The notes beneath the pieces are model-generated. The model was given only the letters and a program-made list of their open reading frames with translations. It was not told the DNA's origin and did not search any database. The translations under genes were made by a program, and so were the position numbers. A DNA stretch of 41,480 nucleotides from Mesotaenium endlicherianum (Eukaryota): the NCBI GenBank assembly GCA_009602735.1, contig WELA01003463.1, forward strand, positions 98,057 to 139,536. Direction: 5' to 3'. Shown one piece after another: positions 12,896-25,765 of the stretch (its first letter is position 1; every line of letters starts with the position of its first letter).

Positions 12896-14062
12896 GGTGT
12901 GTCGCCGAGTGCTGACACGAGTTATTTGCGTGATGGTAGTGTCAGCAAGAGCAAGGCCTGTGGTTTGCTTGGCACCTGTATGTTGGCCAAGGCGAGCTGG
13001 CAGTGCAGGTGTCCCTCTGCTTGTGATCTCTCTGCTGTGGTCTGTGCTGCTATAGAGAGCTCAATTGTAACTTGGAGGATCTGGATGGTATATGACTGAG
13101 GGAGGCAGTAGGAAAGGGATTGCGTTACTACGAATCTTGGGGGCTAGTTGAGGTCGAGGCCAAGGCTTCCTTAGTCAGTAACTAGCGCGTCACCTTGTGT
13201 CATTTGTGTTGCATATTCCTATTTCTTGCGTAGGTCTTGAGGTACACAAGACTCTATATGTTCTTAGCTTTGCACAAACACTTGGAGACTTTGTGGGACA
13301 AAGGACATCTTCTCATGGGCAACTTGGGCACTATCTGTCTTGTCTCGGTTGTGACTTTTAAAAGGCAACTTCTGTGCATCTCTAATGGAGCGGAGCTTGA
13401 AGTATGTGAATATAAAAGTGTGCTACACATCACAAACTCTCCTCTTCAGAATTCCTCTTGAATCGAATTGAGCGTTCTTGGCATGACATTATATGGACCA
13501 AATTTTGACGATGTGTATTATTTTTTGAGTTATATTGCTTCGTGAGGGTGAGCACATAGGCATACCACTAAGTTTATAGAAAAAAAAAGGGCTATGCTTG
13601 GTCAAATTCTACTATGTTCTTTGAAAAAAACCATCTCATATTCATAAAGCATTATTGTGTGCTTTGTTCTAATTACTCTCGTACCACTTGCCTTGAAAGT
13701 ATTCAGGTATATCATAGATGAACTTGTATGTAGAACATTTTAACATTATCACAAATTCCTGTTTTCCAATGTTTTTTTTTGTGTCTGATATAAGTTTCCT
13801 TTGCATATCGCGTGCGCAAATCTTTGCATCTTTCTCTCTATTGTTAATATACATAATATCTGGTTATAGTCCCATCTCACGCATTTCGTGCACGTACATT
13901 GCTAGCATGCCACAAATCAATTGCTATGTATACTACCCAGCAGCGTTGTAAGTACATGAAGTGAAGTCCTCAACCATCAAGGCGCCATATATGATGTCTA
14001 GGGAAAGGACCCACTTGATCTAAGCACTTCATGTCTCCCCAACAACTTTCCCACTTTCCTTT

Positions 14063-14848
14063 TGGGCCACGCAAAATCAAGGTTTGGGGCTAAGCATTTC
14101 ATTTTCATATTCTGGGGGGACGCAAGAATCTCCTTGCAGCTTCTAGGGGCACGCAAAGATAATATGAGTGGCATGCAAAATCTTTTCATATGAAGGGCAC
14201 GCAAAATTGTAATGGCGATAACGCAGATTTGACTTTTTTGGGGGCACGCAACTTGTCTCCAGTCTCTGAAAAGTGACTTATGGGCACGCAAATTAAGTCG
14301 ACATTAGGTGGCACGCAATCTATATTTATAGGAACACCCACATTCAAGTGTAAGGGGCACGCAAACTTCACTTTTATAATGGCACGCAAATTTTACTCGT
14401 ATGGGGGTACGCAAGTTTCACCTATAGGAGCACGAAAAGTACGGAACTTCGGGGCCACGCAGAATTCACGTCCTGGAAACACGCACAGTGAAGCTTTACG
14501 GGCCACGAAAAGTCGTAGCTTAATTACAGACGATCCGCATGCATGCAAGGATTGACTTTTCGGGACACGTCAACTTTGATTGTATGGGGCGGTATGGGGC
14601 ACGCAAGGATCAAATTTCCGGGCCACATCAGATTGACGCAGACGGGAACGCAGAGTCGTCTTCTATATATACGTGGGGCACGCAAGTTGCATATATAGTT
14701 TCATTAGCTAGGGGGCACGCAAGGTTCACTCTTAAAGGGCACGCAGAGTCATCGCTCCAGGGAGGGGCACGCAAAATTCTCGCGTAAGGGGCACGCAGAA
14801 TCATCTTCTTGGGGTCGCGCAAAAAGTGACACTCAGGTGCACGCAATT
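14063..14848 (+). repeat. Array of ~30 GGGGCACGCAA-like motifs with non-repetitive spacers, modal period 23-25 bp
   Basis: CACGCA cores or variants at about 14068, 14150, 14198, 14245, 14285, 14312, 14358, 14383, 14408, 14431, 14456, 14480, 14504, 14600, 14679, 14716, 14740, 14768, 14792, 14816, 14840 and others; all on one strand. Confidence 0.88.
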
Positions 14849-15294
14849 CTTAATTTCCTGTCGTCGCATCACTGGCAGAAGGTAGAAAGCTAAGAAAGTT
14901 CGTGGTGGTATCTGAGCTCCTCTGATCCACTTCTTCATCCCCTTGGTTGCAGCCCTTCTTGGATTGCACGCCCGAACACACACATGCTCGTGTGTGTGAT
15001 TGACGACATCTCATCTCGGTTCTACTTGGTTTCTTTTTGTTCTATATCTTGCTGATCGTTAGCATTGGCCGCTGTTAGCGGCAGAGTGTGTGACCTCTTA
15101 ACGATTTGACTAGCTACCCACTAGGCTGTGTGCGCGTCGATGATACTATTCTACCCCGTGGAGAAGCCATAACCTGCAACTCACAATAGGCTCCTATTGT
15201 CGACTTTTGGACTGTGCGGAAGCCACATGATAATCTGTTTTGGCTTGACTTAACCGGGCTGTCACAAGCTGAGCCCTTAAACCTGTGGAGAAGT

Positions 15295-18200
15295 ATGGAC
15301 GCTGCCACTGAGAGGAAGATGGCAGCTCTGATTATGGCGCAAGCTGCCAGGTTGAAAAGACAAGCTGACGAGGAGGGGATACTTGCCTGTCTCAACCCGA
15401 AAGTCAGGGCGCGACCTAACTCACAATTCTTGAGGGCCACAGTTCGTAGCGTCGAGCAAGGTTAGTATAAATGTTTGCATTGTCGTATGCCGCCTGCATG
15501 TTGGGACTCATGTAAGCAGTGCATAAATTGGTCATCTCTTCAATTGAAGCTAGCCTTTATCTGCTCGTTATATCATGGAAGCGAGATTTTAAATCACAGA
15601 AATCATAAGAGTTTCTTGCCATCTCAAATGCCCATTGATGTGCAATTTCAGTCTGCCCATCTAAGTGCCAAAATTTTGGGCGGGAGACATGTGTGCTCAC
15701 AACAGTAAAGATTCAAGGTCGAGTGCGTCCCCGTCGTTACGGCGCCCGGGGTGCCCTCCCTGGGTGTGTGCGCAGTCAATCGCATCACCGACGTGAACGA
15801 GATGTGGCGCAAGCGCCAGACCGAGATCCAGAGGGAGAAGAGACACACTGCAGGCTCCGACGAGCCAGCTGGAGAAGGCAGAGTGGGGCAAGAAGACCGC
15901 CGGGGAGGGGGGGGCAGGAGGGATTCGGGGGGGGAGGACAGGAAGAGCCTTGCAGGTCGGAGGGGTGGGCACAGGGGGGAAGGCAGCAGCAGTAGCAGAC
16001 GCAGGGGGGGGTACGGCAACGGGGGGGAGGCTGGGGAGGGGGATTGTTGTTCAAGGGAAGGTGAGGCCCCGCGCAAGCGGAGTCGTCATATGGAGGGGCG
16101 AGAGGAGGGGTTAAGAGGGGCGAGAAGGTCAAGCGGGCGAGGTGGAGAGGGACGAGAGTGGGACGGCCCGCTCCGGTCGGATTCTGATCGTCACGAGAGT
16201 GACGGCGGCAGACTGGGTGCTCCCTGGGACGAGGAGGAGAGGAGGCTGAGGGCAGAGCTTCTGAGGAGGCTGCAGCACAAAGGGGCTGCTCTCCTGGCGG
16301 CGACACCTGGCGGCGCCGGGAGCTCCCCGGCCTGCAAGAGGGACGTGGGCAAGGTGGAGCCGGAGCCAAATTTGGAGCCGGAGCCGGAGCCGGAGCCGGA
16401 GCCAGAGCAGGAGCTGGAGGGGCTCTTTTCAAGAAGACGTACGAGAAATGGCTGCAGCCACGGCCGCGGAGACGGGCAAAAGGAGTGGGATAGTCGAGGT
16501 GGAAAGGGCTGCCTGAGAGGGCGGGAATGGGAGAAGATGGAGGAGCAGGAGGCGGAGGGGCGGGAAGAGGAGAGGACGGTGGGGGAGGGAGAGGGGGANC
16601 AGGCTTTCAGAAAGGCAACAAGGGGGGTGCGGTGGGGGAGGGAGAGGGGGAGGGGGAGGGGGAAGAGGGGGAGAGAGAGGCGGAGGAGGAGGAGGGGGGA
16701 GGCTTGTCAGACGAAGCCATGAAGCTCTTCCTCCGCTCCAGGTGAGTACGCAGGCACCCATCATATGAGCCCCACCCACCCCCGCCCCCCCTTATACCCA
16801 AAGCCCGAAAGCCCTTGCTGCCGATCTCGCTGACACCTCATCATGCCCTCCCCCTCTCGCCCTCCCGTCCTCCCACTGCTGCGCAGAGCACAGCTTGGCA
16901 GCACTTGCGCCCTGGGGCTCTTGCGCTGGGGGTGGGCAGGCAGGCGCTTCCTGGGATGCGGTAACAAGAGATGTGCACACTCCCTCCCATATCATCCACT
17001 GGTGGTGCACTCAGCCCCCCACCACCCCCCACCCCCTCCCAGGAGGAATGTGCTGTTCCTTGCTTACTTGCTGCCGCTATTGCTGCTGCCCGTGTCCCTT
17101 CTCAAGCTCAACTCTCCCCCTCCCAGGCCACGAGTCTCCGGAGAGAGTGCCCCCGGGCGATACGCAAGGCAGTGGCGCTCTCTTGGAAGTGTTCTTCACA
17201 TCCAGCCAGCTGTCAGGCTCGAGGGTCATGGAGGGGGCTGCAGAGGCAGCTGGAAGAGCTGAGAGGGGCAGAGCGAGCGCAAAGGACCGAAGCGTTTGTG
17301 GCGGGTGGGGCAAAGGGCAGCTATGCTTGTCATGCGGGTGAGGGGAGAGCCCCCGGCCTACAGCTGACCTGGCTTCCAGGGCTTAGAAGCACAAGGGCTT
17401 GGGGTTTCTGAGGGCTTTAAATGTAGCAAGGGTATAGGGTTCATAGAGGGCTGCGGTTGCAGCTGCGCATGCTAGCGGCAGAGGGGCACTGCAGGAGGGC
17501 AAGGGCTGCACACGACTGAAAGGAGGCAGCAGGATGGACTTGGGTGGTGGTTGGATGGGTGGGTGGGTGATTGGGGGCTCGCAAGGCTGGCTTGCTGGCT
17601 GGCTGGCTGTAGCGCGGACAAAGGGAGCTCCTCGCTTACGACTTGCCGTGCGGCTGGCGGGCTGCCCTGCCTGCTGGTCGGGCTGCCACTGCAAGTAGCA
17701 GTAGGACTTGGTTGCGGTTGCTGACGTGCGTTTCTCTGGCTGGCGGGGCCTGGGCCGTGCTGTGCCGTGCTGGGCTGGGCTGGGCTGGGCTGGGCTGGTG
17801 TCGGGGCAGGGCCAAGAGGGGCAGGGGGGCAGTGGGGTCCAGAATGGACCACACAGGGCCTTTCCCTGCGGTTCTCAAATTGGCCCCTGGAATGACAGCC
17901 TCCGCTGCTGGGGCCGCACCGGGGCAGTCCCCGGCTGCCTTCCCGGAGATGAGGACCAACGAAGACTGGGAAGAACGCGTGCTCGGCGCGCAGGCGCACC
18001 CCTCGTTGGGGAGATCTGACGCGCGCAAACGAGCCCGGCTTGCGGACCCTGCTGCTGGTGTCTGGGAGTGGGAGCGAGGAGAACGAGCTGGCGGTGCTGC
18101 TGGTGCTGGTACTGGTGCTGGCGCTGTTTGGAGGGGGGCCGTGTCTGGAGCAGGATTTGTCGAGGAGACGGCCAGTGACCAATCGGAGGATGAAGAGAAC

Positions 18201-18608
18201 GCTGCGCATGCGGCAAGCGGTGGGGGGAAGAGGCGTGGCAAATCCATGCGTGAAAGTAAGAAGAGAAAGAATAGGAAAGAGAGGACGAAGAAGAAGAGGA
18301 AGAGGGGTAGGAGGGAGGATAGGTGCGACAGCAGTGGCAGAGGAAGCGGGAGTGGTAGTAGCAGTAGCGGAAGTGATAGTGAAGATGTAAGGAGGAGGGA
18401 GAAGAGGCACAGGTTGAGGAAGAAGAGGAGAGAGAAGCCGGAGGAGAGCTATCCTAGAGGTAGTAGCAGTAGTAGTAGTAGTGGTGGTAGTGAAGGTTCG
18501 AGGCGTAAAAAGAAGAGGCAGAAGCCTATGAAGAAGAGGAGAGAGAAGTCCGAGGAGAAAGATGAAGTGAAGAAAAAGAAGCGCACACGGAGTAGCAGTA
18601 AGGGGTAA
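15295..18608 (+). CDS. Conserved plant uncharacterised SR-like / Lys-Arg-rich nuclear protein; exons 15295-15460, 15776-16741, 17810-18608 (apparent frameshift at the N at ~16599)
   Basis: N-terminus MDAATERKMAALIMAQAARLKRQADEEGILACLNPKVRARPNSQFLRATVRSVEQ|VNRITDVNEMWR and internal block GLSDEAMKLFLRSR|AKRGRGAVGSRMDHTGPF match, from memory, a land-plant family (..RPNSRFLTATV..QQANR..EVNEMWR; ..FLHSR.KRGRG.VG.RMD.TGP). GT-AG introns in phases 1 and 2 restore both blocks exactly. Confidence 0.85.
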
Positions 18609-19059
18609 AGAGAGAACACAGGTAGCCGATAGGTTGTCGAGTAATGGCAGTCTTAGAAGGCTGGAGAGTATTGCTGGGTAGATTGGTGGCATCCGACGCA
18701 CCATAACTGTTTCAGGGCTTCTGGTTGGCACATGTAGAGAATGCTGTTGTTTTGCAGGTTGTGGAGGAGACGTGTATGTAAGTGTTTTATTTCAATATTT
18801 GTAGCCTTCAAAGTTCAACACTTCATGATCAGCCGCCTAGGGAGCACAATGCCTCAAGGGAGGGTCTTATATTTCATAGCCACGTGCAAAAGCCAATTGA
18901 AACATCTCAGCCATTTGTGAAGGAGGTTTGGAACACGATATCATCTTAGCAACTCATATTTGCTCACCCTAGTATGTTACAATTTATTATGATTATAGAC
19001 CTCAAGGCATTATCTTGGACACATATTCATAAGTCAAATGGATATGTTTTCCCTTCAGA

Positions 19060-19586
19060 AGGAGTGGTGCGCCAAGTGATCTATGCCAAAGTAGAGGTAC
19101 TTTTCCTATTATCGTTGCAAAGTGCAGTGATATGCCAAAAAGCAAGTAACAAGCAAACAAGTGAAATTGCAACAGGAAGGGAGGTACGCCAAAATTGTTC
19201 TTGCGCAAGCAGGCATTAGTATGCAAGATCTGTTGAATAGTCGCATAGACTAGTGGTATACATTAAATAACTTATATTTGACACGAAGAAGAGATGTTGT
19301 AGCGCCGCTACTTAAAGGTGTGGTGTGTAATTTCTGAACTGTCGCTAAAAAGGGGTGGTATGCCAAAGAATCCCAGCTCATGCATTTGAAGCCATAAGTT
19401 CATAATCGCTCATACATTTGGTACGCCAAACAGAACCTATTGGTCTGCCACGAAGCCGTGGTATGCAAAATCTTGAACTTCCTCGCCAAGGGTGTGGCAA
19501 GCCAAAACATAAACTTCAGTTACAAAGAATAAGCCCGCTGGTTTGAGCCAGTATATGAACCTTCCTGCAAAAGGGTGGTACTCTAA
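19060..19586 (+). repeat. Degenerate array of GTGGTAYGCCAAA-like motifs (~15 copies)
   Basis: Examples: GTGGTGCGCCAAG, GTGATATGCCAAAA, GAGGTACGCCAAAA, GTGGTATGCCAAAG, TTGGTACGCCAAAC, GTGGTATGCAAAA, GTGGCAAGCCAAAA, with unique spacers. Confidence 0.7.
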
Positions 19587-21249
19587 ATGAGTGCCATCCA
19601 ACCAAACATCAATATGGTCAACACGATCAAGCTTGAGTATAGGCAGCTGGTTGGTTGTAGCCTACGGAGAGCTCAGGCTATTAATCTACATGAGCATGCT
19701 GATAGTGCTCTTGCTATATCTGATTCTAGACACCCTGTGCCTGTCACTCTAAAAGTACGCAAGTGGCTAAACTCCAAAAAGGACAGACCATTTGGGCTTT
19801 GGGATCTTTTCCCACCTTGTCTTAGCGCTAATGGGTGGGAGTTCAAACAGACCCACCCTAAGAATCCCAAATCCATCCCAACCACGATGTGAATCTAACA
19901 AATGGAGTTGCTCGGATAAAATCATCATTGACGTTGGAAACCAAATTAGGAGACAAGATAATTCCCTTGACAACGCCCTTTTTATTTTCATAAAATTGTC
20001 AAAAAGTCAACGAATCCTGTCATTTAACTCTTGATTTTTAAAAAAATTATCGAGATGGTCGCCCTATGTTTCAACATGTACAATTTTCAGCACGTGTGTA
20101 GACAACGTACTAAAATTCATATCTGAAATTCAATGCGTGTGCATTGAAACAATGAAAACAAAGACGTGGTGGAAACCTCAAACCCCGCGCCCAATCACAA
20201 TCTATCAATCTCGCCCTTCGGGAAGCAATTTAATTGCCACCACAAGTTACATATTCAATGACAAACTGACAAACTATTTTTACGGCAAAATCTTTTGAGA
20301 AGCCAAAACAGCATTTGCCGAAATCTTCAAAGGTTACTTGCAAATTGGTTTGACCCATTGGCACAATTAATACATGTCTTAAATTCTATTTGGTCAAAAT
20401 GCTTTCGTCCAATTGGTCCACGTTTGTCTCCCATTTTTGCAATCAACAAGTGCTGTCCAGCCACATGTACTTGGGCTATATTCGCATCTGAAAATCGCTG
20501 TTCAGTCAAGTAGACATGTCGGACTTGACTTGGTATTTTTCTGACAGCGAACAACTTTTGCAACCTATTTTCGTTTGGAGGTTTTTACGATTGCAACATC
20601 ACCTTATTTGCACATGCAAACAATTGACCAATCTCGAAGAATAATTTATACAACAGTGGACTTAACGACTTACAACAAGATTGACGTTTCACAATTGAAT
20701 GTGAAACCAACATGAAAGTCTACGACGTTACTTTAAAAAATGATCGAGAATTTTTTTACTTTTGAAGCTAATTTTCAATTTAGTTACACGATCATGAATC
20801 CAAAAAAACAAAATCTAAGATCTTAGAGAATCTTGATGGGGGGGCTACAAGAGCACTTCCCAGCCATTCGCTAGTAAATAGTCGAGAACTTTCAGAAGAC
20901 AGACACCGCGTCTGTGCACCATTTAATAGGTGCTTGTTTCCTTCTTCCTTGTTGATGCGTTAGTTGTTGTCGATCTGCGTGGTTTGCAGTGAGCGTGTGG
21001 GCTTACCTTTTCTTATGTTAGAATCTGCACCAATTTAGTCAACTTTTTTTTTTTTTTTCAGAATGATATTTATGGTCTACCGCTTAGACCACTGGTCTTG
21101 AGTGGCGCGCACATGTTACTCATTGCCGCGAAAAAGAGTGATACTCAAGATTTTGAGCTGTTGCTACAAAGTAGTTGCACGCCAAATCCCAACTGATGCT
21201 AGAAAGGGTGAATCAGTGCCTCCTTGGTCCCTCGTTGCGCAACCCCGCC

Positions 21250-21641
21250 GACTCTTTGTAACCCATGACTTCTCTCTTTTTTGAACCCTGGTCGTCCCTT
21301 TGTGCCGCCACGGCTTTTTCTTTTTGTACACTTGCCGTCTCTTTGTGCGTACCTCACGGCTTCCCTTTTTCCAAAGACCCTGCCAACTTGTTCCCTTTTT
21401 CTGTACCCATATCATCTCTTTGTGGGTACCATTTAGGTGCCTTTCTTTTGGTATTATGCCGTGCCTTTGTGCGGACATCATAGCGCACTACGTACTCGCA
21501 AGTTCTTTCTTTTGAACCCTGCCGTTTGTACGCGCCCCACAAGTGTTTCTTTTCTTACCCTTGCGCCATCTCTTTGTGCGTAGAATTCGACAACCTTCCC
21601 ACTCTGTACCTTGGACACTCTTCTTCGTGCTGTTTTGTACT
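21250..21641 (+). repeat. Degenerate array of CTTTGTGCG / TTTGTACC-like motifs (~15 copies, ~20-bp spacing)
   Basis: TCTCTTTGTGCG at 21338 and 21569, plus CTTTGTGCC, TTTTTGTACAC, TTCTGTACCC, CTTTGTGCGG, TTTGTACGCG. The motif resumes briefly after the solo LTR (22150-22190). Confidence 0.62.
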
Positions 21642-22144
21642 TGTAGTGATTTGAGTTATTATATATTAGTTTGCATAGATTTTGATGTTTTCAAATATAT
21701 TTGGAGTAGTATTGTGTGGATTCATGTGTGAATAGGTACTCTAGTAACTTGGTTCATGTCCTTTGAACCTTCTAAGGCATTTTCGAAGTTAGAGGAAAGA
21801 CCTACAAGAACTCCACGTGGCAAAAGTCAAATGTGCCATTTTTAGGTCAAAAGGACATGTGTACATTATTGTAGAAAGAGGTGGCAAGTTTTGGGATGTG
21901 TTGGGTGCCAACACATCAACATACACCTTCCTAGAAATTACTTATTTAGCAAGTATATAAACAAGAGCTAGAACATAGAAAGACATTCCAGAATCACTCT
22001 TGTACTTGCCAAAATCCAGAAATATATTAACTTTCAAGAAGCCATCTCTCTTTCAAGAAGCTACCACTTGTGTTCAAAGATCCTTGTCTTGAATAGATAA
22101 AATATTCTATTTCACCAAGTACTTTATCTATCTATTTCACTACA
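21642..22144 (+). mobile_element. Solo LTR of Ty3/Gypsy family 1 (503 bp)
   Basis: TGTAGTGA...TCACTACA ends; same length as, and roughly 15 substitutions from, the LTRs at 23945 and 30122. Flanked by GTACT/GTACC (5-bp TSD, 1 mismatch). No PBS or PPT adjacent. Confidence 0.95.
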
Positions 22145-23944
22145 GTACCTGTTTGTGCCTAACCCACGAAAATCCTATCTTTGTACCCTATCGTCGATCT
22201 ATACATACTAACAATCTCATAAATTTACATTGACGTATGGAAATGCACAATTTGTTTGCAAGTTCACACTGAAGCTACTTTGAGGAAACTTGTATGATCT
22301 ATAAAGTTTTAGAAGTCATTCATTTTATCCTTGTCGAAGTAGTAGCATCAACGATAGGGAAATTTATCAATGTATTGGAAGCAGGTTAGAAGTTATTGCA
22401 GTGCAACAGTACAAAGTGTTGCAAGAGGCCCACCCACCCACTCTTTTAGGGCCAAAACAACCTAAATCATCTCACGTCCCCGACTAGGCACAAGCATTCA
22501 AATGCATTTTTAAAAAAATAAAATTAGGCTTAGTATAAATATTTGGATACATAAAAGCAGCATTAAGCTAGATTTAACAATTAAATAAGTTATTCAAGCT
22601 ATTTTGTATTTACAACCTAGGATACAAATAGGTGTCATGATTCAGCAAGTCGTGGTCGACGCACAAAATCGAGCTACACAAGTGTGAACCATCGACCTAG
22701 GAAGGCCGACTCTGACTTGACTTCACGCATCCATATGTTGACCTTGTGTAGATTTCAAAGCCGATAAAACGTAGCGCCGAGCCACCTTCCGAACGGCACC
22801 GGTATCGCATCATTTGATCAAGTGTCGAGTGAAATATTTGCGATCTAGTCCGCGCCACCTACCGGCCCCTAACGGAATGTCACCAGAGGCCAAATTGTGA
22901 CTCAATGTGCCCAAGCGACACATTCTTGCCTATTCGTGACTCCTAAAGGTCCTAGCTTGCGCACAACTCCGCGAGCTCCTTAGCACATACATCTTGCATT
23001 TCCATAGTAAAAGTGCGTCATTAAGGCTGTAACTTGGTGACTGCATCACCTACGCCTAGAGAAAGTTTCCTCAAGTTCCATTTATACTTTAGAGGTTTTA
23101 TCTAGGTAGCATTGGTTGTGGTAAGCTCCACCAATGAGAAGCACTTAGCATATTCCTTACATCTAGTTTTACTTGGTTTGTGTTATGCTTAACCTATAGG
23201 AGTGCTAGTACATGCCTTGTGCACTTTCGTGGACATAGGAGAGCCTCCTAGAGTGACTTCATGCATTAAATCCGCCGCGCATGACGCAGGGATTTTAGGA
23301 GTATAAAGTAGTAAGATGTCTCTAGAATGACATCGTTTTAGAAGTTCATTATGCCAGTTGTAAGTGACAGACTTATCAGTAAAGCTTACACTTTTACCTC
23401 TTGTGTTTTCAGGACCATTCAGTCTCTCTTGTGAAGAGCAAGTCCTCCTAGCTTCCAGTCACTTGAAGAACTTCACGAGTGGTGAGCAAAGTCAGAGCTT
23501 AAATCCTTGCATGGGACTACTTTTGAAGCTCTTGATGTGCTTTCAGTGATCTTTTGGGCCATACTTCATTAGTTGTTTTCTTACTAGTTTACAATCTTGA
23601 GATGCTCACTCTGGAGAGTATACTTCATAAAAACATTTGACGCTTGACTCCTTTTTTGGCTATGAAGCCACATGTATTCTAGACCTCACCGCAGCAAAGC
23701 CTGCTTGCCTAATGTGTATTGCTATTGCCGATGATGTGCACTCAACCTCTTACCGCGCGACATAGGTCTAGAGGTAAAAAACGATGATCCTAGTCTAGTG
23801 TACTTGAAAAACTTGTACATTATCTTTTTTCAATCATACCTGCATTATTGTGGTATTGCATTATGCCTCATATCAAGTTATGGCTATAAAATTCCAGAAA
23901 GTCTAAACACCCCAGTTTCTCATGTTTTGTAATCCTACTGTCTC

Positions 23945-24447
23945 TGTAGTGATTTGAGTTATTATATATTAGTTTGCATATATTTTAATGTTTTCAAATA
24001 TATTTGGAGTAGTATTGTGTGGAGTCAAGTCTGAATAGGTACTCTAGTAACTTGGTTCATGTCCTTTGAACCTTCCAAGGCATTTTCGAAGTTAGAGGAA
24101 AGACCTAGAAGAACTCCATGTGGCAAAAGTCAGATGTGCCATTTTTAGGTCAAAAGGACATGTGTACATTATTCTAGAAAGAGGTGGCAAGTTTTGGGAT
24201 GTGTTGGGTGCCAACACATCAACATACACCTTCCTAGAAATTACTTATGTAGCAAGTATATAAACAAGAGCTAGAACATAGAAAGACATTCCAGAATCAC
24301 TCTTGTACTTGCCAAAATCCAGAAATATATTAACTTTCAAGAAGCCATCTCTCTTTCAAGAAGCTACCACTTGTGTTCAAAGATCCTTGTCTTGAATAGA
24401 TAAAGTATTCTGTTTTACTAAGTACTTTATCTATCTGTTTCACTACA
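23945..24447 (+). repeat. 5' LTR, family 1
   Basis: TG..CA ends with 8-bp terminal inverted repeat; TATATAAA box inside; followed by PBS. Confidence 0.97.
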
Positions 24448-24448
24448 G

Positions 24449-24460
24449 TGGTATCGGAGC
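24449..24460 (+). promoter_or_regulatory. Primer binding site, tRNA-iMet type (TGGTATCGGAGC)
   Basis: 1 nt after the LTR end; one base different from the usual plant TGGTATCAGAGC. Confidence 0.9.
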
Positions 24461-24484
24461 TAGGCACTTTGGTAGCACAAGAAG

Positions 24485-25765
24485 ATGGCCGATCCTCAAG
24501 ACCAACAGCAAGCTTTCGAAGGAAGCCCTTCCTCTCCAAGACACCCTCCTCCAGCGCCGATGGGAGAGCCCACTCAAGAAAATCTGCAACAACAAGAAGC
24601 ACCACAAGGAGGAGCACACCCTCCTCCAGCGTCGATGGGAGAGCCTACTCAAGGAAATCTGCAACAACAAGAAGCACCACAAGGAGGAGCACCGTCAAAT
24701 CCCGTGGCAGCCGCTATAGCAAAGTTGACCCCACCACAAGGAGTTCCCGCAAATGAGTGGGCAGCCTTCCTAATGACCGTCCACAACCAAGTGGGCTTGG
24801 CCACCTATGAAGCAACCGTGCAAGCGTCAAGAGAAGCTATGGCTGCCATGGTTGCCCCTATTGCGAGCAATGCTCAAAATCCAGCCCCGGCTCAAGCGCC
24901 TCCACAAGAGCCAACGAGAGCAAGGAAACTCATCAAGCCCGGCAAACCCGACACTTTCAACCCCGGGAAAGGTGCCAACCTGAATTTATGGCTCTACCAA
25001 GTGGAGACGTACCTCGCGTTCCTTGAAGTACCCGAGGAGGACTACGTTCCCTTTGCCGTTACCTTACTTAGAGGAGCAGCAACATCATGGTGGCGTAACT
25101 ATCAAGCGGCTATATATCAAGCTATGGCGCACCCCATGCTCGGCCAAGAGCCCCCACCATCATATGCAAGATGGGCAGATTTTCGTGAGGCCCTCAAGAA
25201 GCAATTCATGCCCATCAATGCGGAGAAGATTGCCCGAGGAAAGCTCCACCATCTCAAGCAAACGACGTCCGTTCAAGAGTATACATCCAGATTTCACGCC
25301 CTCACTCTTGAGATCCCCAACATGTCTCTCGAGGAGAAGATTGACCGTTACATCTTTGGCCTCAAACCCAAGGTGGCAAAGGAAGTGGAGTTACGCGACT
25401 TGACGGACTTCTCAAAGATCATTGAAGTGGCCCAAAAGGTGGATACCTTGGATTTCAAGCACTCCGTGCCTTCATCTTCACGGGTACCGACGACGCGGGT
25501 GTACGCAGCCCCTTCCACATCCGAATCTGGACCCACACCCATGGAAATCGGAGTTATTAAAAGGGACCCCGCGGCTGCCCGGAAGAGTGGAAGACCCTCC
25601 AATGACACTTATGATGCAAGAAACCAGCAAGGAGTGAAAGCAAGACTCTCCCCGGCTGAAAAAGAAGCTCTCATGACGGCTGGACTATGCTTCTATTGCA
25701 AGGAAAAGGGCCATCGTGCACTTTCATGCCCCAAAAAGTTGTCAAAAAACGGACAGCGCCGGTAG
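24485..25765 (+). CDS. gag: Gag (426 aa), family 1
   Basis: [39 protein letters not shown] and zinc knuckle [14 protein letters not shown]; 75-bp tandem duplication at about 24542-24691. Confidence 0.95.
   Translation: MADPQDQQQAFEGSPSSPRHPPPAPMGEPTQENLQQQEAPQGGAHPPPASMGEPTQGNLQQQEAPQGGAPSNPVAAAIAKLTPPQGVPANEWAAFLMTVHNQVGLATYEATVQASREAMAAMVAPIASNAQNPAPAQAPPQEPTRARKLIKPGKPDTFNPGKGANLNLWLYQVETYLAFLEVPEEDYVPFAVTLLRGAATSWWRNYQAAIYQAMAHPMLGQEPPPSYARWADFREALKKQFMPINAEKIARGKLHHLKQTTSVQEYTSRFHALTLEIPNMSLEEKIDRYIFGLKPKVAKEVELRDLTDFSKIIEVAQKVDTLDFKHSVPSSSRVPTTRVYAAPSTSESGPTPMEIGVIKRDPAAARKSGRPSNDTYDARNQQGVKARLSPAEKEALMTAGLCFYCKEKGHRALSCPKKLSKNGQRR

Noticed and set aside
14063..14848. CRISPR array
   Set aside because: Repeat is only ~11 nt and degenerate, spacers ~13 nt, no cas genes, and the context is a spliced eukaryotic locus.
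16590..16610. Frameshift or pseudogenisation of the SR-like gene
   Set aside because: The frame change coincides with an N in a G/A-rich tract; most likely an assembly junction.
19600..20800. Possible decayed transposase on the minus strand
   Set aside because: Only short stop-interrupted frames with no motif I can identify; needs a translated profile search.
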